Assembly (NCBI RefSeq): GCF_003428155.1
Contig: NZ_QLIR01000003.1
Location: forward strand, 116,549 to 148,548
Length of the DNA stretch: 32,000 nt
DNA from: Fastidiosibacter lacustris
GTDB taxonomy: Bacteria; Pseudomonadota; Gammaproteobacteria; Francisellales; Francisellaceae
Direction: 5' to 3'
Made by a program: the position numbers and the translations under genes. Numbering within the stretch: the stretch's first letter is position 1; the number at the start of each line of letters is the position of its first letter. A model generated the notes under the pieces. The model was given only the letters and a program-made list of their open reading frames with translations. It was not told the DNA's origin and did no database searches. Below are positions 1-10,122 of this stretch, in pieces.

Positions 1-1445
1 CCTTTTTCTTTAGCATATTTTTCACTGGCTATCCCTTGTAAAAGAACAGCAAACTCAGCAGCCTTACTAACGGATTGAAGTTGTGCAGCAAGACCTGCAA
101 TCATGCCTGTAAGTAAATCACCTGAGCCAGCAGTTGCTAAAATAGGATGTCCATAACGGCAAAGCTTAAGTTTATTCTCAGTGTAGAGTAAAGTTCCAGC
201 ACCTTTTAGCAAGACTTGTGTATGATAATGATCCGCCAGTGTTTTGGTTAATTCAATACGGTTATTACGAACTATGCTTGCAGTTGTATTTAATATTCTT
301 GCTGCTTCGCCTTCGTGTGGTGTAATGAGCAGTTGATCTTGATTACATCGAAGTTGAATTGATTTCAAGAAATCTAATGCACCGGCATCTATAATCATAG
401 TTTTATTAAACTTAAGTGCTTCAGTGATAATACGTTGTGACCAAGGCATAGATTCAACCATGCCTGGACCAATTACAAGAACATCTAATTTATTTATTAG
501 CATTTCAACGTCCCTGAATTGCTCAACTCCATAACACATAATCTCAGGTTGATTCAGGTTGATAAAAGTGGCATGCTCTTTATGAGTAAATAAACTTACA
601 CGTCCTGCACCTATGATTAATGCGGCAGTTGCAGTCATAATAGCAGCACCAGACATCCCTTTATCACCTGCAATGATACCAACGTTTCCTTTGTCATTTT
701 TGTTAATAGTTTTGCATTTGAGTAATTGAGAAATATAGCTTTTTAGATCACTATGGTCTAATAGAGTTGCTTGCGGTTGAAGGCTAGAATCAAACATATC
801 CTCACTAACAAGTGGAGCATAAATGAGATTACCGACATAATCAGGAGCTTCCCCTGTATAGAGTCCTATTTTGTTGCAGACAAAGCTTACGGTTGTATTG
901 GCCTTGATGGCGCAACTAAATAACTTACCAGTCGAAGCGCACACCCCTGATGGGACATCAACACTTAAGGTATAACGACTGTGAGCATTAATCGTTTTAA
1001 CAATTGTACTGAGATAACCACTGATATCACGATTAATGCCAGTGCCAAAAAGCGCGTCAACCACAACATTTGCTTGTTTAATCGCTTCTTCAAAAAGATC
1101 ATGATCAACATAAGATAACAATTTTATATCAATGCCTAAACTTTTTGCATGCTTCAACATATATTGGGTATCTGGGGTTAATCGATCATCATCAATAGTA
1201 GTGAATATACGTGTGTCAATATTGGCCATATGTGTAAGCGCTGCAATCATAAAGCCATCTCCTGCATTATTACCATAACCTGCAATCACAACAATGCGTT
1301 GAGGACATTGCTTTTGAATTTCATTAAAACAAGCAAAAGCAGCTTTAGCCATAAGATCTAGACTGTTAATGCTTTTATTATGAATAAGATATTGATCTAT
1401 ATCATAAGCTTGTTTGGCACTATAGAGACTTTTAAAATGAGTCAT
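1..1445 (-). CDS. nnr: Bifunctional NAD(P)H-hydrate repair enzyme Nnr (YjeF N-terminal epimerase + C-terminal ADP-dependent dehydratase); C-terminal end runs off the window
   Basis: Not in the ORF track because it is open to the window edge. Reverse-strand ATG at 1443-1445 gives MTHFKSLYSAKQAYDIDQYLI.... The YjeF_N-type motif GYGNNAGDGFMIAA and the carbohydrate-kinase-type C-terminal motif ATAGSGDLLTGMIAGL (about 95-140) are both readable. The frame stays open to nt 1. Confidence 0.85.
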   Translation of the reverse strand, partial: MTHFKSLYSAKQAYDIDQYLIHNKSINSLDLMAKAAFACFNEIQKQCPQRIVVIAGYGNNAGDGFMIAALTHMANIDTRIFTTIDDDRLTPDTQYMLKHAKSLGIDIKLLSYVDHDLFEEAIKQANVVVDALFGTGINRDISGYLSTIVKTINAHSRYTLSVDVPSGVCASTGKLFSCAIKANTTVSFVCNKIGLYTGEAPDYVGNLIYAPLVSEDMFDSSLQPQATLLDHSDLKSYISQLLKCKTINKNDKGNVGIIAGDKGMSGAAIMTATAALIIGAGRVSLFTHKEHATFINLNQPEIMCYGVEQFRDVEMLINKLDVLVIGPGMVESMPWSQRIITEALKFNKTMIIDAGALDFLKSIQLRCNQDQLLITPHEGEAARILNTTASIVRNNRIELTKTLADHYHTQVLLKGAGTLLYTENKLKLCRYGHPILATAGSGDLLTGMIAGLAAQLQSVSKAAEFAVLLQGIASEKYAKEK

Positions 1446-1569
1446 GATTTTTTGTTGATTCAATAAATTTGTGTGATAAGCATATTTTTTATAAAGCAAA
1501 AGTGCAATAGGGCAGCAGTGGTTGTCGTGTCAGAATGGTACTCATAACGAATCTAACAGTTCGATTTAT

Positions 1570-2166
1570 TCATGAGCTTGACTTTTTTAAAGCATACAGT
1601 TGAATAATTAAATCAGAAAGCTTAGAAAGTTCTTTGTTACGTTGATCTAAAGACAAATTCTCAAAATCACATTCATCATCAAAGCCTAATATTTCATCAA
1701 TAACAGATTCAATTTGTGGATTTAAGTGCCATGCAGCTTCAAAATACTCAAAGCCACGTTCAAACCCATCTAGCCAAAGGTCAATCGCAGGCATGGCTTG
1801 ACCTTTGTACATTTTATGATAAACGAATGGTTCAAAGTCAACAAGTTCATTGTCAAAACAGTGCTTAAGTGTATCGTAGTGTTGAGCAATACCTTCAAGC
1901 AATTTAGTTTGCTCTGCTGGGTCTTTGAAATGTGGCAAGGAACCTTCTTGCCAAACACCTTCTAACCAATCTTGCTCATCTATAAACTCAGGGCATAGTA
2001 ATACTGCAGTTAAATATCCATCTAACATGGATAATGAAAAAATATGCTCATCACCAGTGAAGTTTTGTTCTGGTTCAGGATACAGGTTTAATAGTAATTC
2101 ATCAAATTCATTGATTTTCTTAAGATCGAGTTTTAAGGGTCGTTTTTTATCAGCTTTAGGGCTCAT
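1570..2166 (-). CDS. UPF0149 / YecA-like family protein (no SEC-C tail)
   Basis: 198-aa acidic protein. The segment LSMLDGYLTAVLLCPEFIDEQDWLEGVW resembles the conserved GFLTAV..P core of UPF0149 (YecA/YgfB) proteins. Function unknown. Confidence 0.55.
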   Translation of the reverse strand: MSPKADKKRPLKLDLKKINEFDELLLNLYPEPEQNFTGDEHIFSLSMLDGYLTAVLLCPEFIDEQDWLEGVWQEGSLPHFKDPAEQTKLLEGIAQHYDTLKHCFDNELVDFEPFVYHKMYKGQAMPAIDLWLDGFERGFEYFEAAWHLNPQIESVIDEILGFDDECDFENLSLDQRNKELSKLSDLIIQLYALKKSSS

Positions 2167-2292
2167 ATATACTCCGTTTTTAGTATCATTTTTTTATATC
2201 CATGCTGAATTTATAACGCATGAGAGAACGTAATAAAGTTATTTTTAATTTAATAAGAGTGGGGTTAAAAGTAATAAATAGTATAAATGATT

Positions 2293-3612
2293 TTAAAAGA
2301 CTTTGAGAGAGCCTAACATGATTAAAAAACAACAAATGGTAATAATTAAAGACATTGGCGTGATTTGGCTGCGATCTTGGATCATGGTGATAATAAACCA
2401 TGTTACCATCCCCCAAACGATGCCTTCTGAAATTGATAGCGTAAGTGGCATCAAAATAATAGTCATAAATGCAGGAATGGCATGGGATGTATCATCCCAT
2501 TGAATTTGCTTAACGGAGGATAACATAAAACTTCCCACAATAACTAAAGCAGGTGCGACAACGTACATTGGGACCATCATTACAATGGGTGCTAAAAACA
2601 AAAAGGGTAAAAACAATATTCCGACGATAACTGCTACTAAGCCAGTACGCCCACCAACGGAGATACCCGTCACAGATTCAACGTAAATCGAAGTAGGGGA
2701 GCTGCCCATGAGGCCAGAGCTTGCTGATGCAAATGAGTCTACGATAAGGGATTGTTTGATACGAATCGGTTGACCATCTTTATCAAACCAATTAGAAGAT
2801 TGTGCAAGACCGATTAAGGTGCCAGTGCTATCAAAAATATTGATAAATAGAAAAGTAAAAATTGCAGGAAGAGCAGCTACTTTTAGGCTACCTGACCAAT
2901 CAATTGCAAAAAAGAGTGAAAAATCTGGCCATGATACAATATCGTTTGGTAAGTGCATGATGATGTTATCACCAAATATGCGTCCAACTGGAAAAGCTAA
3001 TATGCAACCCAATACAATCATCAATAAAATAGCAGCTTTAATGCGTAGCGCTAGAAAAATGGTAAGCGCAAAAAAACAAATCAAAAATATAAGCGTTTCT
3101 GCTGTTAATGGTGCGATTGCCAACAAACCAGATGGTGCTTGGTATATAACACCAGCATTATAAAAGCCAACCAAAGCAATAAAAATACCAATTCCTGCAC
3201 CAATACCATGCTTTACACCATCAGGGATGCCAGCCAGAATTTTAGTACGAACATTGAAAATAGCTAAAAGTGCAAATAGTACACCTGACCAAAAAACCGC
3301 ACCCAGTGCAACTTGCCAAGGAATCTCCCAAGCTTTAACGATAGTGTACGTAAAAAAGACATTCATTCCCATTGCTGGTGCTAAAGCATAAGGGTTTCTG
3401 GCATAAACTCCCATAGCAATCGAGGCAAAGGCTGAAATAATCACTGTACTTGTCACAAGTGCACTTTCTGGCATTCCAGTTTGTGAGAGAATTTTCGCAT
3501 TAACAACAATAATATACAGCGTCGCCAAAAAGGTGGTTAAACCTGCAATAAGTTCAGTGCGTAAAGATGTATTATATTTAGAAAATTGAAAGTAATTTTG
3601 TAAAAAATTCAT
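2293..3612 (-). CDS. NCS2-family purine permease (AzgA/PbuG-type adenine/guanine/hypoxanthine permease)
   Basis: 439-aa polytopic membrane protein. The N-terminus F..YF.F....TSLRTELIAGLTTFLATLYIIVVNAKIL is characteristic of AzgA-like permeases, followed by many hydrophobic helices. Confidence 0.8.
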   Translation of the reverse strand: MNFLQNYFQFSKYNTSLRTELIAGLTTFLATLYIIVVNAKILSQTGMPESALVTSTVIISAFASIAMGVYARNPYALAPAMGMNVFFTYTIVKAWEIPWQVALGAVFWSGVLFALLAIFNVRTKILAGIPDGVKHGIGAGIGIFIALVGFYNAGVIYQAPSGLLAIAPLTAETLIFLICFFALTIFLALRIKAAILLMIVLGCILAFPVGRIFGDNIIMHLPNDIVSWPDFSLFFAIDWSGSLKVAALPAIFTFLFINIFDSTGTLIGLAQSSNWFDKDGQPIRIKQSLIVDSFASASSGLMGSSPTSIYVESVTGISVGGRTGLVAVIVGILFLPFLFLAPIVMMVPMYVVAPALVIVGSFMLSSVKQIQWDDTSHAIPAFMTIILMPLTLSISEGIVWGMVTWFIITMIQDRSQITPMSLIITICCFLIMLGSLKVF

Positions 3613-3803
3613 AATTATTGAGTAAACCTTATTACCTTTGAGACATTCCAGCGCGGTATTGTATCATGAAATAAAAAACATACTAGTGTACCTAAATCCT
3701 AAACCTGCTTACAATATGCTGATTTACTTTGATTCTCATAATATATATTATGTTAAATTAATACCTAATAAAGATAAAAGATAAATTTTATCTCCTAACA
3801 ACT

Positions 3804-3836
3804 AAAAAAACACATATCTGGTTTTTCCCAGATGTG
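3804..3836 (-). terminator. Rho-independent terminator downstream of the glutamate dehydrogenase gene
   Basis: Minus-strand reading is CACATCTGG-GAAAA-CCAGATATGTG followed by TTTTTTT (T-tract = 3804-3810). It lies about 70 nt after the gdh stop codon. Confidence 0.6.
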
Positions 3837-3903
3837 AGACTCAGACAAAAAATGAAAAAACTCCTTTCCGTAGAGCTCATTTCTGTTTTATCTTGTCTCT
3901 GTT

Positions 3904-6900
3904 TCACCTTGCGCGAGCAAGGTCATCTAAACTTCTAAAAGCAATATTTACGGATTCAAGGTTAGGCTCATCGGCACGCATATCTTCAATTAAACCTAAC
4001 CAGCGTGCAATGTAGCTTTTATTAAGGTCAAGCCAATACTGTATTTTTGCTTCAACACCTTCAATATCTAGACATAGCTCAATCACGCGCTTAACAAGGC
4101 GATATTGTAATTTATCTAAGTCATCCCTTAATGCTGAAGTTGAAAGCGTACCCCAATACGATTGTTTACTACCTAAGTTATTAATACATCCCCTAAACCA
4201 TGACAACCATAATTTTTGATTCAACAAAATAGAAATTTCTTCAAATAGCTTCTCATCTTGAATTACTTCAATTGCCGCAGTTAAATCCATTACCGAGGTT
4301 GCCATTTTAAATGACAAGACACTATCAATGATATCTTGTGGTACGCCTGCTTCTAACAACGCAGCAGATTTACGCTCAATACGTTGTTTTTCAGATGAAA
4401 TAAGAAGCCTTGGGAAAACTTTTAACGATTCAGTTGCTGATATGGCATATTTTTCAATAGTTTGATTAATTGCAAAACCACGTGTCTCATTACGTAATAT
4501 CCAACGGCAATTTCGTCTAACAAATCTAAATAAGATTTGCAAACATTCTTGTTGGCTTTCGCTAGAAACTTTGCCATTTAGGTTTTCAACCTTTTGCCAT
4601 ATTTGATTCAAGCCAAAAATTTCAACAATCGCACAAAATGCCTTAATAATATCGGCAACAGAAGCACCAGTTTCATCATATAGTCTCTGAATAAAAGTAA
4701 CACCCATGTATAAAGTTACAGCATTGGTAATTTGAGTCGCGATAATCTCTCTTTTAAGCTTATGACTTTGCATTAAATTCACATACTTTTCGCGTAATAC
4801 TTTTGGAAATTCCCATAATAAAAAGAATGAAAAATAAGGGTCATCAGGCAAGTCTGACTTTAAGATTTGTTGTTTAATCATTGTTTTGGTGTATGCCATA
4901 ATCACAGCAAACTCAGGAGCAGTTAAGCTTTTACCAGATACAGCTCTTGTTTGTAATAACTTATCAGTTGGCAAATATTCAACTTCACGATCAAGTTGCA
5001 TTTTACGCTCAAGCTCACGCATCAAGCGTGCATAAGATTCAACAAAGTAGCGTTCCTGATATTTCAACTCATTAGCAATAGTCCTGTTTTGACTATAATT
5101 ATTTTCAAGCACCAACTTTGCTACATCATCAGACATTTCTGCCAATAACTTATTCCTACTTTGCATAGAAATATCACCACATTCGACTGCTGCATTAAGT
5201 AGAATTTTAATATTCACTTCGTGATCTGAACAATCAACTCCTGCGGCATTGTCTATCGCATCAGTGTTGATTGCACCACCTTTTAAGGCATATTCAATAC
5301 GACCTAATTGAGTAAAACCAAGATTCCCCCCCTCCCCCACTACTAAGCAGTTTAGATCACGACCATTAACACGTAATGAATCATTGGCTCGATCACCTAC
5401 ATCTTGATGACTTTCAGTATGCGCCTTAACGTAGGTACCAATTCCTCCATTCCATAGTAATTCAAAGTTTGCTTTAAGCAGAAGTTGAATTAATTTGTTT
5501 GGTTCAAGTTCATCAGCATCTGTTTGCAGTAAAGCTTTAATTTCATTGCTTAACTTAATACTTTTTACTAGACGACTAAATATCCCACCACCTTGTGAAA
5601 TAAGAGATTTATCATAATCTTCCCAAGTTGAGCGCGGCATATCAAATAACCGTTTTCTTTCTACATAACTAGAAGTTGCATCTGGATTAGGATCAATGAA
5701 AATATGCATGTGGTTGAAAGCAGCGATTAGGCGAATATGTTTAGACAATAGCATTCCATTACCAAACACATCCCCTGACATATCACCAATACCAACCACT
5801 GTAAAATCTTCGCTTTGGATATCTTTACCTTTTTCTCTAAAGTGACGTTTAACTGACTCCCATGCTCCACGCGCAGTAATTGCCATTTTCTTATGATCAT
5901 AGCCATTTGAACCACCTGAAGCAAACGCATCCCCTAGCCAAAAATCGTATTGAACAGCCACTTCATTAGCAATATCTGAAAAAGTCGCCGTACCTTTATC
6001 AGCTGCAACAACCAAATATGGATCATCTTCATCATAACAAATGACATTTTGTGGTTTGATAATTTCATTATTTTTAATATTATCAGTGATATCTAAAAGA
6101 GAACTAATAAACATTCTATAACAGCTTATAGCTTCCTCCATTACGGCATCACGCCCTAAGTGAACAGGTAATTTTTTAGGTAAAAATCCACCCTTTGCAC
6201 CAAGTGGGACAATAACAGCATTTTTAACTTGTTGTGCTTTAACTAAGCCTAATATTTCTGTGCGATAATCTTCTTTTCGATCCGACCAACGTAGTCCACC
6301 ACGAGCAACTTTTGCACCGCGTAAATGTATGCCTTCAACTCGTGGTGAATACATAAAAATTTCGAACATAGGTACAGGCTTTGGCATTTCTGAAATTTTT
6401 GCTGGAATGAGCTTGAAAGAAATATATTCTTTATATTCATTATTTGCAGTTTTTTGGTAGAAGTTTGTGCGTTGGGTTGCCTCAACGATTTCATATAAAC
6501 GGCGCAAGATCTTATCCTGATCTAAACTTGCAACGTTACTCAATTTATTTTTAATTGACTGACGATAAGCTTCTACTTTTTCTTGACGCATTTCTTTAGC
6601 ATATTCTGGGTTAAAACGTATATCAAATAATTTTATTATTTCTCGAATAATATCAGAGTATTCTATAAATGTGGTTTCAATATGCTGTTGACTAAAACGC
6701 ATACCAATTTGTACCACATAGCGTGTGTAGGTCCTTACTAAAGCAACTTCACGCCAATTTAAACCAGCATAAACGATTAAAGAGTTAAGGCGATCATTTT
6801 CTGTGATACCAATCCATATAACAGCAAAGGCTTCTTTTAATAATTCACTTACTTCCATAATATCAACTGGTTTAGTAGTGGTTAAACCAAAATCAGATAA

Positions 6901-8781
6901 CCATATAAATCCACCTGACTTTGGGCTAATTTTATATGGACGCTCCTCCGATACGCAAAGACCAAAATTTTCTAAAATTGGCATCACTTGGCTTAACTGA
7001 ATAATTTCATCACGTAAAAAAACTTTAAAATGTAATCTATTGCTGCTTTCTTCTAGAACCTGGTATAAGCACATTGATAGTCGATTTTTATGCGAGGTTT
7101 CAAAATGAATAACATCAGAAACTGCTTTACGTGGAATGTAATCATCTTTATATGCTGAAGAAAAAGCATGTCCATATTCTTGGAAATAATAACGACCTTT
7201 ATTTTCGCCATACTCTTCAATTAATTCATCAAAAAGGTAATCGCTCCATTGGCGCTCAGCTGTTTTAATTTGTTCTTCTAACAGCTCAAAATCAATATTT
7301 TCAAAGGCTGAATTACCATCTAAGTAAACTGTAAAGTCAATACGGCATAGAACACTTTCTAAGAAGTTTGTTTTAAACACAATGCGGTTACCATTGAAAG
7401 TTTTTAGCAATATCTTTTCGGCGCGTTCACGCACATCGGAATTGTAACGATCCCTCGGCATATAAAGCATACAAAAATAATAACGACTAAATTGGTCCTT
7501 ACGTACGAACAACTTTATTATTTGGCGCTCACGAATATGATAAATTCCAAGAGCAGTATTAAAGAGTTCTTCATCAGAGCTTAAAAAGAGCTCATCACGT
7601 GGATAAGTGTCAATAATATTACTTAGTGCTTTATAGGCATGACCAAACTTTCTAAAGCCTGATTGCTTTAATACCATTTCTTTGCGTAAGCGTAAAAATG
7701 GGATATGTTGTGGTGATGAATGATAGGCAGTTGATGTATACAAACCTAACAAACGTTTATAGCCAATAATTTCACTTTTATCATCATAAATAGCAACAGA
7801 AACAACATCCATATAAGCTTGACGATGAATTGGAGAAATCTGATCTGACTTAGCAACAGTTAAAATTGCATCTACATTTGTACTAATATTTAAACTTTTT
7901 TCATGAATATCATTGAGTGCAGTAATATAGTCATCATTCACTGAGAATAATCCTAAGACACAATCTTTTTGTGCTGTAAAAACCTTCCCGTGTTTAGTTT
8001 TTTTTGCCGCAAATGCACAATAACCTAAAAAGATAAAATGGTCTTTTTTTAAGAATTCTAGAAAGTCAATTGCCTCATTATAATAGTTTTTAGCAATTTT
8101 ATTTTTCGGACGTTGGACATCTTGAATCATGGTTTGTAATTCGTTTTTCATTGGTTCGAAATCACGAATAACTGCTTGTAGCTTTTTATAGGTTTCTCTA
8201 ACATTTGCTTCAATAAGCTCAAAATTCTGGCGTTGATCGCTCTGACGATCAATTTCCATTATAACCAAGCATGATTTAGCAGTATCTAGCATTGAAACGT
8301 TATCTCCAATATTATCAACAAGCTCAGTAAGCTCACCTCTAGCATTGCGCTTTAAATCAATACCCCCAACATTCATCATAAAATGAATACCAATACCCAT
8401 AGAAGACATTAACATCATTAAGCTATCAACGATAAAAGGAGAATCATAACATGACATTTCTATGACTGTATGGTGTGATACCCAGCCATTTTGTTCATAT
8501 ACTGGATTGTAAACACGTACTAATAAATCATTATCACTGTTTTTGTAAATGTATTTCCAAAAAGATACGATAGAGCCGTATAAATCAAGAAGTTCGCGAC
8601 TGTACAATTCTTTTTCTGAAATCACTCGAATATATGCTTTTAAAAGTGACTCGAGATTCTTTGCATTTTGTACTGAAAATTTGTCCTTGAACATGCTTGT
8701 TAATTTTTCGATAAGCGCTTGCGTTCTCTCGTTGTAGTGCATTTTTAAACCTACTGTTTGTTTTGTTGACAAAAGACGCAA
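3904..8781 (-). CDS. gdhB: NAD-specific glutamate dehydrogenase, large (about 180 kDa) GdhB class
   Basis: 1625-aa ORF. The central catalytic region (...VARGGLRWSDRKEDYRTEILGLVKAQQVKNAVIVPLGAKGGF... and ...GDMSGDVFGNGML...) matches the Bac_GDH large-GDH family. The start could instead be the second Met (MHYNERTQ, 8742). Confidence 0.9.
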   Translation of the reverse strand: MRLLSTKQTVGLKMHYNERTQALIEKLTSMFKDKFSVQNAKNLESLLKAYIRVISEKELYSRELLDLYGSIVSFWKYIYKNSDNDLLVRVYNPVYEQNGWVSHHTVIEMSCYDSPFIVDSLMMLMSSMGIGIHFMMNVGGIDLKRNARGELTELVDNIGDNVSMLDTAKSCLVIMEIDRQSDQRQNFELIEANVRETYKKLQAVIRDFEPMKNELQTMIQDVQRPKNKIAKNYYNEAIDFLEFLKKDHFIFLGYCAFAAKKTKHGKVFTAQKDCVLGLFSVNDDYITALNDIHEKSLNISTNVDAILTVAKSDQISPIHRQAYMDVVSVAIYDDKSEIIGYKRLLGLYTSTAYHSSPQHIPFLRLRKEMVLKQSGFRKFGHAYKALSNIIDTYPRDELFLSSDEELFNTALGIYHIRERQIIKLFVRKDQFSRYYFCMLYMPRDRYNSDVRERAEKILLKTFNGNRIVFKTNFLESVLCRIDFTVYLDGNSAFENIDFELLEEQIKTAERQWSDYLFDELIEEYGENKGRYYFQEYGHAFSSAYKDDYIPRKAVSDVIHFETSHKNRLSMCLYQVLEESSNRLHFKVFLRDEIIQLSQVMPILENFGLCVSEERPYKISPKSGGFIWLSDFGLTTTKPVDIMEVSELLKEAFAVIWIGITENDRLNSLIVYAGLNWREVALVRTYTRYVVQIGMRFSQQHIETTFIEYSDIIREIIKLFDIRFNPEYAKEMRQEKVEAYRQSIKNKLSNVASLDQDKILRRLYEIVEATQRTNFYQKTANNEYKEYISFKLIPAKISEMPKPVPMFEIFMYSPRVEGIHLRGAKVARGGLRWSDRKEDYRTEILGLVKAQQVKNAVIVPLGAKGGFLPKKLPVHLGRDAVMEEAISCYRMFISSLLDITDNIKNNEIIKPQNVICYDEDDPYLVVAADKGTATFSDIANEVAVQYDFWLGDAFASGGSNGYDHKKMAITARGAWESVKRHFREKGKDIQSEDFTVVGIGDMSGDVFGNGMLLSKHIRLIAAFNHMHIFIDPNPDATSSYVERKRLFDMPRSTWEDYDKSLISQGGGIFSRLVKSIKLSNEIKALLQTDADELEPNKLIQLLLKANFELLWNGGIGTYVKAHTESHQDVGDRANDSLRVNGRDLNCLVVGEGGNLGFTQLGRIEYALKGGAINTDAIDNAAGVDCSDHEVNIKILLNAAVECGDISMQSRNKLLAEMSDDVAKLVLENNYSQNRTIANELKYQERYFVESYARLMRELERKMQLDREVEYLPTDKLLQTRAVSGKSLTAPEFAVIMAYTKTMIKQQILKSDLPDDPYFSFFLLWEFPKVLREKYVNLMQSHKLKREIIATQITNAVTLYMGVTFIQRLYDETGASVADIIKAFCAIVEIFGLNQIWQKVENLNGKVSSESQQECLQILFRFVRRNCRWILRNETRGFAINQTIEKYAISATESLKVFPRLLISSEKQRIERKSAALLEAGVPQDIIDSVLSFKMATSVMDLTAAIEVIQDEKLFEEISILLNQKLWLSWFRGCINNLGSKQSYWGTLSTSALRDDLDKLQYRLVKRVIELCLDIEGVEAKIQYWLDLNKSYIARWLGLIEDMRADEPNLESVNIAFRSLDDLARAR

Positions 8782-8848
8782 GCATAATAAGCGAGTTTTG
8801 CCTGTCTCTCAATACCCTACTTTACTTTAGTTTAAACTTTTTAGTACC

Positions 8849-9709
8849 TTATAAAAGGTTAGGTTTTAAGGCGATAATAAGTGTATATTGCTGAGCATTA
8901 ATTTGATATTGAATTTCAATACCCTTTGTTTCTTTATACCAACTATTTAGATAACCTGGAGTACCTTCATTATCTATATTTCTCCAGGCGCCATTAATAA
9001 AATAGCGAATCTGAAAGTCTTCAACATTTCTGATCACTTCATCACTTTTGCTTTCCCCATCCACATTAAGCATGAGGCTTCTTACACCATTAAGTTCACG
9101 CAAATAGAAGATATAAACATGATATTGAGCTAAAAAACTATTGATTGCATAGGATCTTGCTGGACCTTGCTCAACAGAAACTAAGCTACCTGAGGCATTA
9201 GCTGTGGCTTTCATGACCTGATATCCTGCCTGATCGGCAAGTAATACAAAATCATTTTTTCCAATTGCTAAAGTTGTTGGAATAGGATTGTCACCTTGAT
9301 TAATTCCTGATGTGGTAAATTGACTGCTAACCATGCTTTGTAACATTAAGATATGTGTCCCTAATACCTGGTTAGGAGGATTATAGAAGTTTAATAAAGT
9401 TGCAGCATAGATAGGGGGATAAACTAGTGGATTAAAGCTTAAAGTACGCACATCAACTTGCTGCCAAGGCCAAATTCCAAAAGGTGAAAGTGAAGTTGCT
9501 TTATCTATAGTATTACGGATAACTTGTGAAACGAGATTTGCACGCGTATTATCCGTCATTTGTGTTACGGTACGCGTATAACTATTACGTACCGTAAAAT
9601 ACATTTCTGCTGCAATCACTAAAACAAAGGCACCCACAGAGATACCAATCAATACTTGAATAAGCGATGCTCCTTGTTGTTTTTTTAGTTTCTTTAGATA
9701 ACTAGCCAT
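8849..9709 (-). CDS. PilW-like type IV pilus minor pilin / pseudopilin (degenerate prepilin motif)
   Basis: The N-terminus MASYLKKLKKQQG|ASLIQVLIGISVGAFVLVIAAEMYF has a basic leader, a Gly, then a hydrophobic helix. The C-terminal pattern IRNVEDFQIRYFINGAWRN resembles the PilW family. The canonical F+1 and E+5 are replaced by A and Q. Confidence 0.55.
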   Translation of the reverse strand: MASYLKKLKKQQGASLIQVLIGISVGAFVLVIAAEMYFTVRNSYTRTVTQMTDNTRANLVSQVIRNTIDKATSLSPFGIWPWQQVDVRTLSFNPLVYPPIYAATLLNFYNPPNQVLGTHILMLQSMVSSQFTTSGINQGDNPIPTTLAIGKNDFVLLADQAGYQVMKATANASGSLVSVEQGPARSYAINSFLAQYHVYIFYLRELNGVRSLMLNVDGESKSDEVIRNVEDFQIRYFINGAWRNIDNEGTPGYLNSWYKETKGIEIQYQINAQQYTLIIALKPNLL

Positions 9710-9721
9710 CCTGTGTGCTCC

Positions 9722-10036
9722 TTAAGGACTCACCGCATAAATTCTTTTTTGTTCAATATTTAACATGATGTTTCTACCAATTAATTCTGTAGCTGTTGTT
9801 GAAAAGTTAATGTTTCCTGTAGGCGAGAGATCCATGTTTTGACCTGTTATCCAGGACTCTTCAACTCGATTGTCAAGTAAAAATTCAATCTCAACTTGAC
9901 TGTTAGTACGATTGGCAACTATTGCTGAACGCAGCATTACGGTTATAAATGAATTGAAAACAAAGACTAAAATGGTAAGAGCAACGAGTGACTCAATTAA
10001 GCTAAATCCATTTTGTTTTTTTAATTCAATTTTCAT
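9722..10036 (-). CDS. PilV-like minor pilin with canonical prepilin N-terminal cleavage/methylation motif
   Basis: MKIELKKQNG|FSLIESLVALTILVFVF is a textbook type IV prepilin peptidase site (G/F, E+5). At 104 aa it is short for PilV. A GspI-like pseudopilin cannot be excluded. Confidence 0.55.
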   Translation of the reverse strand: MKIELKKQNGFSLIESLVALTILVFVFNSFITVMLRSAIVANRTNSQVEIEFLLDNRVEESWITGQNMDLSPTGNINFSTTATELIGRNIMLNIEQKRIYAVSP

Positions 10037-10122
10037 GGCTGAACCTTAAATACTGCTAGATTCTAAACTCAGTATAGATAGTACCATCTTTTTTAAAAGT
10101 TAATCACGGTACTTTTATAGTG

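Noticed and set aside
3773-3792. GATAAAAGATAAATTTTATC, which resembles a Fur box (GATAAT hexamer repeats, partly palindromic), between the gdh terminator and the purine permease.
   Set aside because: It needs an extra base relative to the 19-bp consensus, lies about 160 nt from the permease start, and is the kind of string expected by chance in roughly 25%-GC intergenic DNA. Nothing nearby is iron-related.
3613-3800. I looked for a purine (adenine/guanine) riboswitch in the 290-nt region upstream of the purine permease.
   Set aside because: Reading the minus strand, I could not find the conserved J1-2/J2-3/J3-1 core or the P2/P3 loop-loop sequences of the purine riboswitch. I make no claim. 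An Rfam RF00167 scan would settle it.
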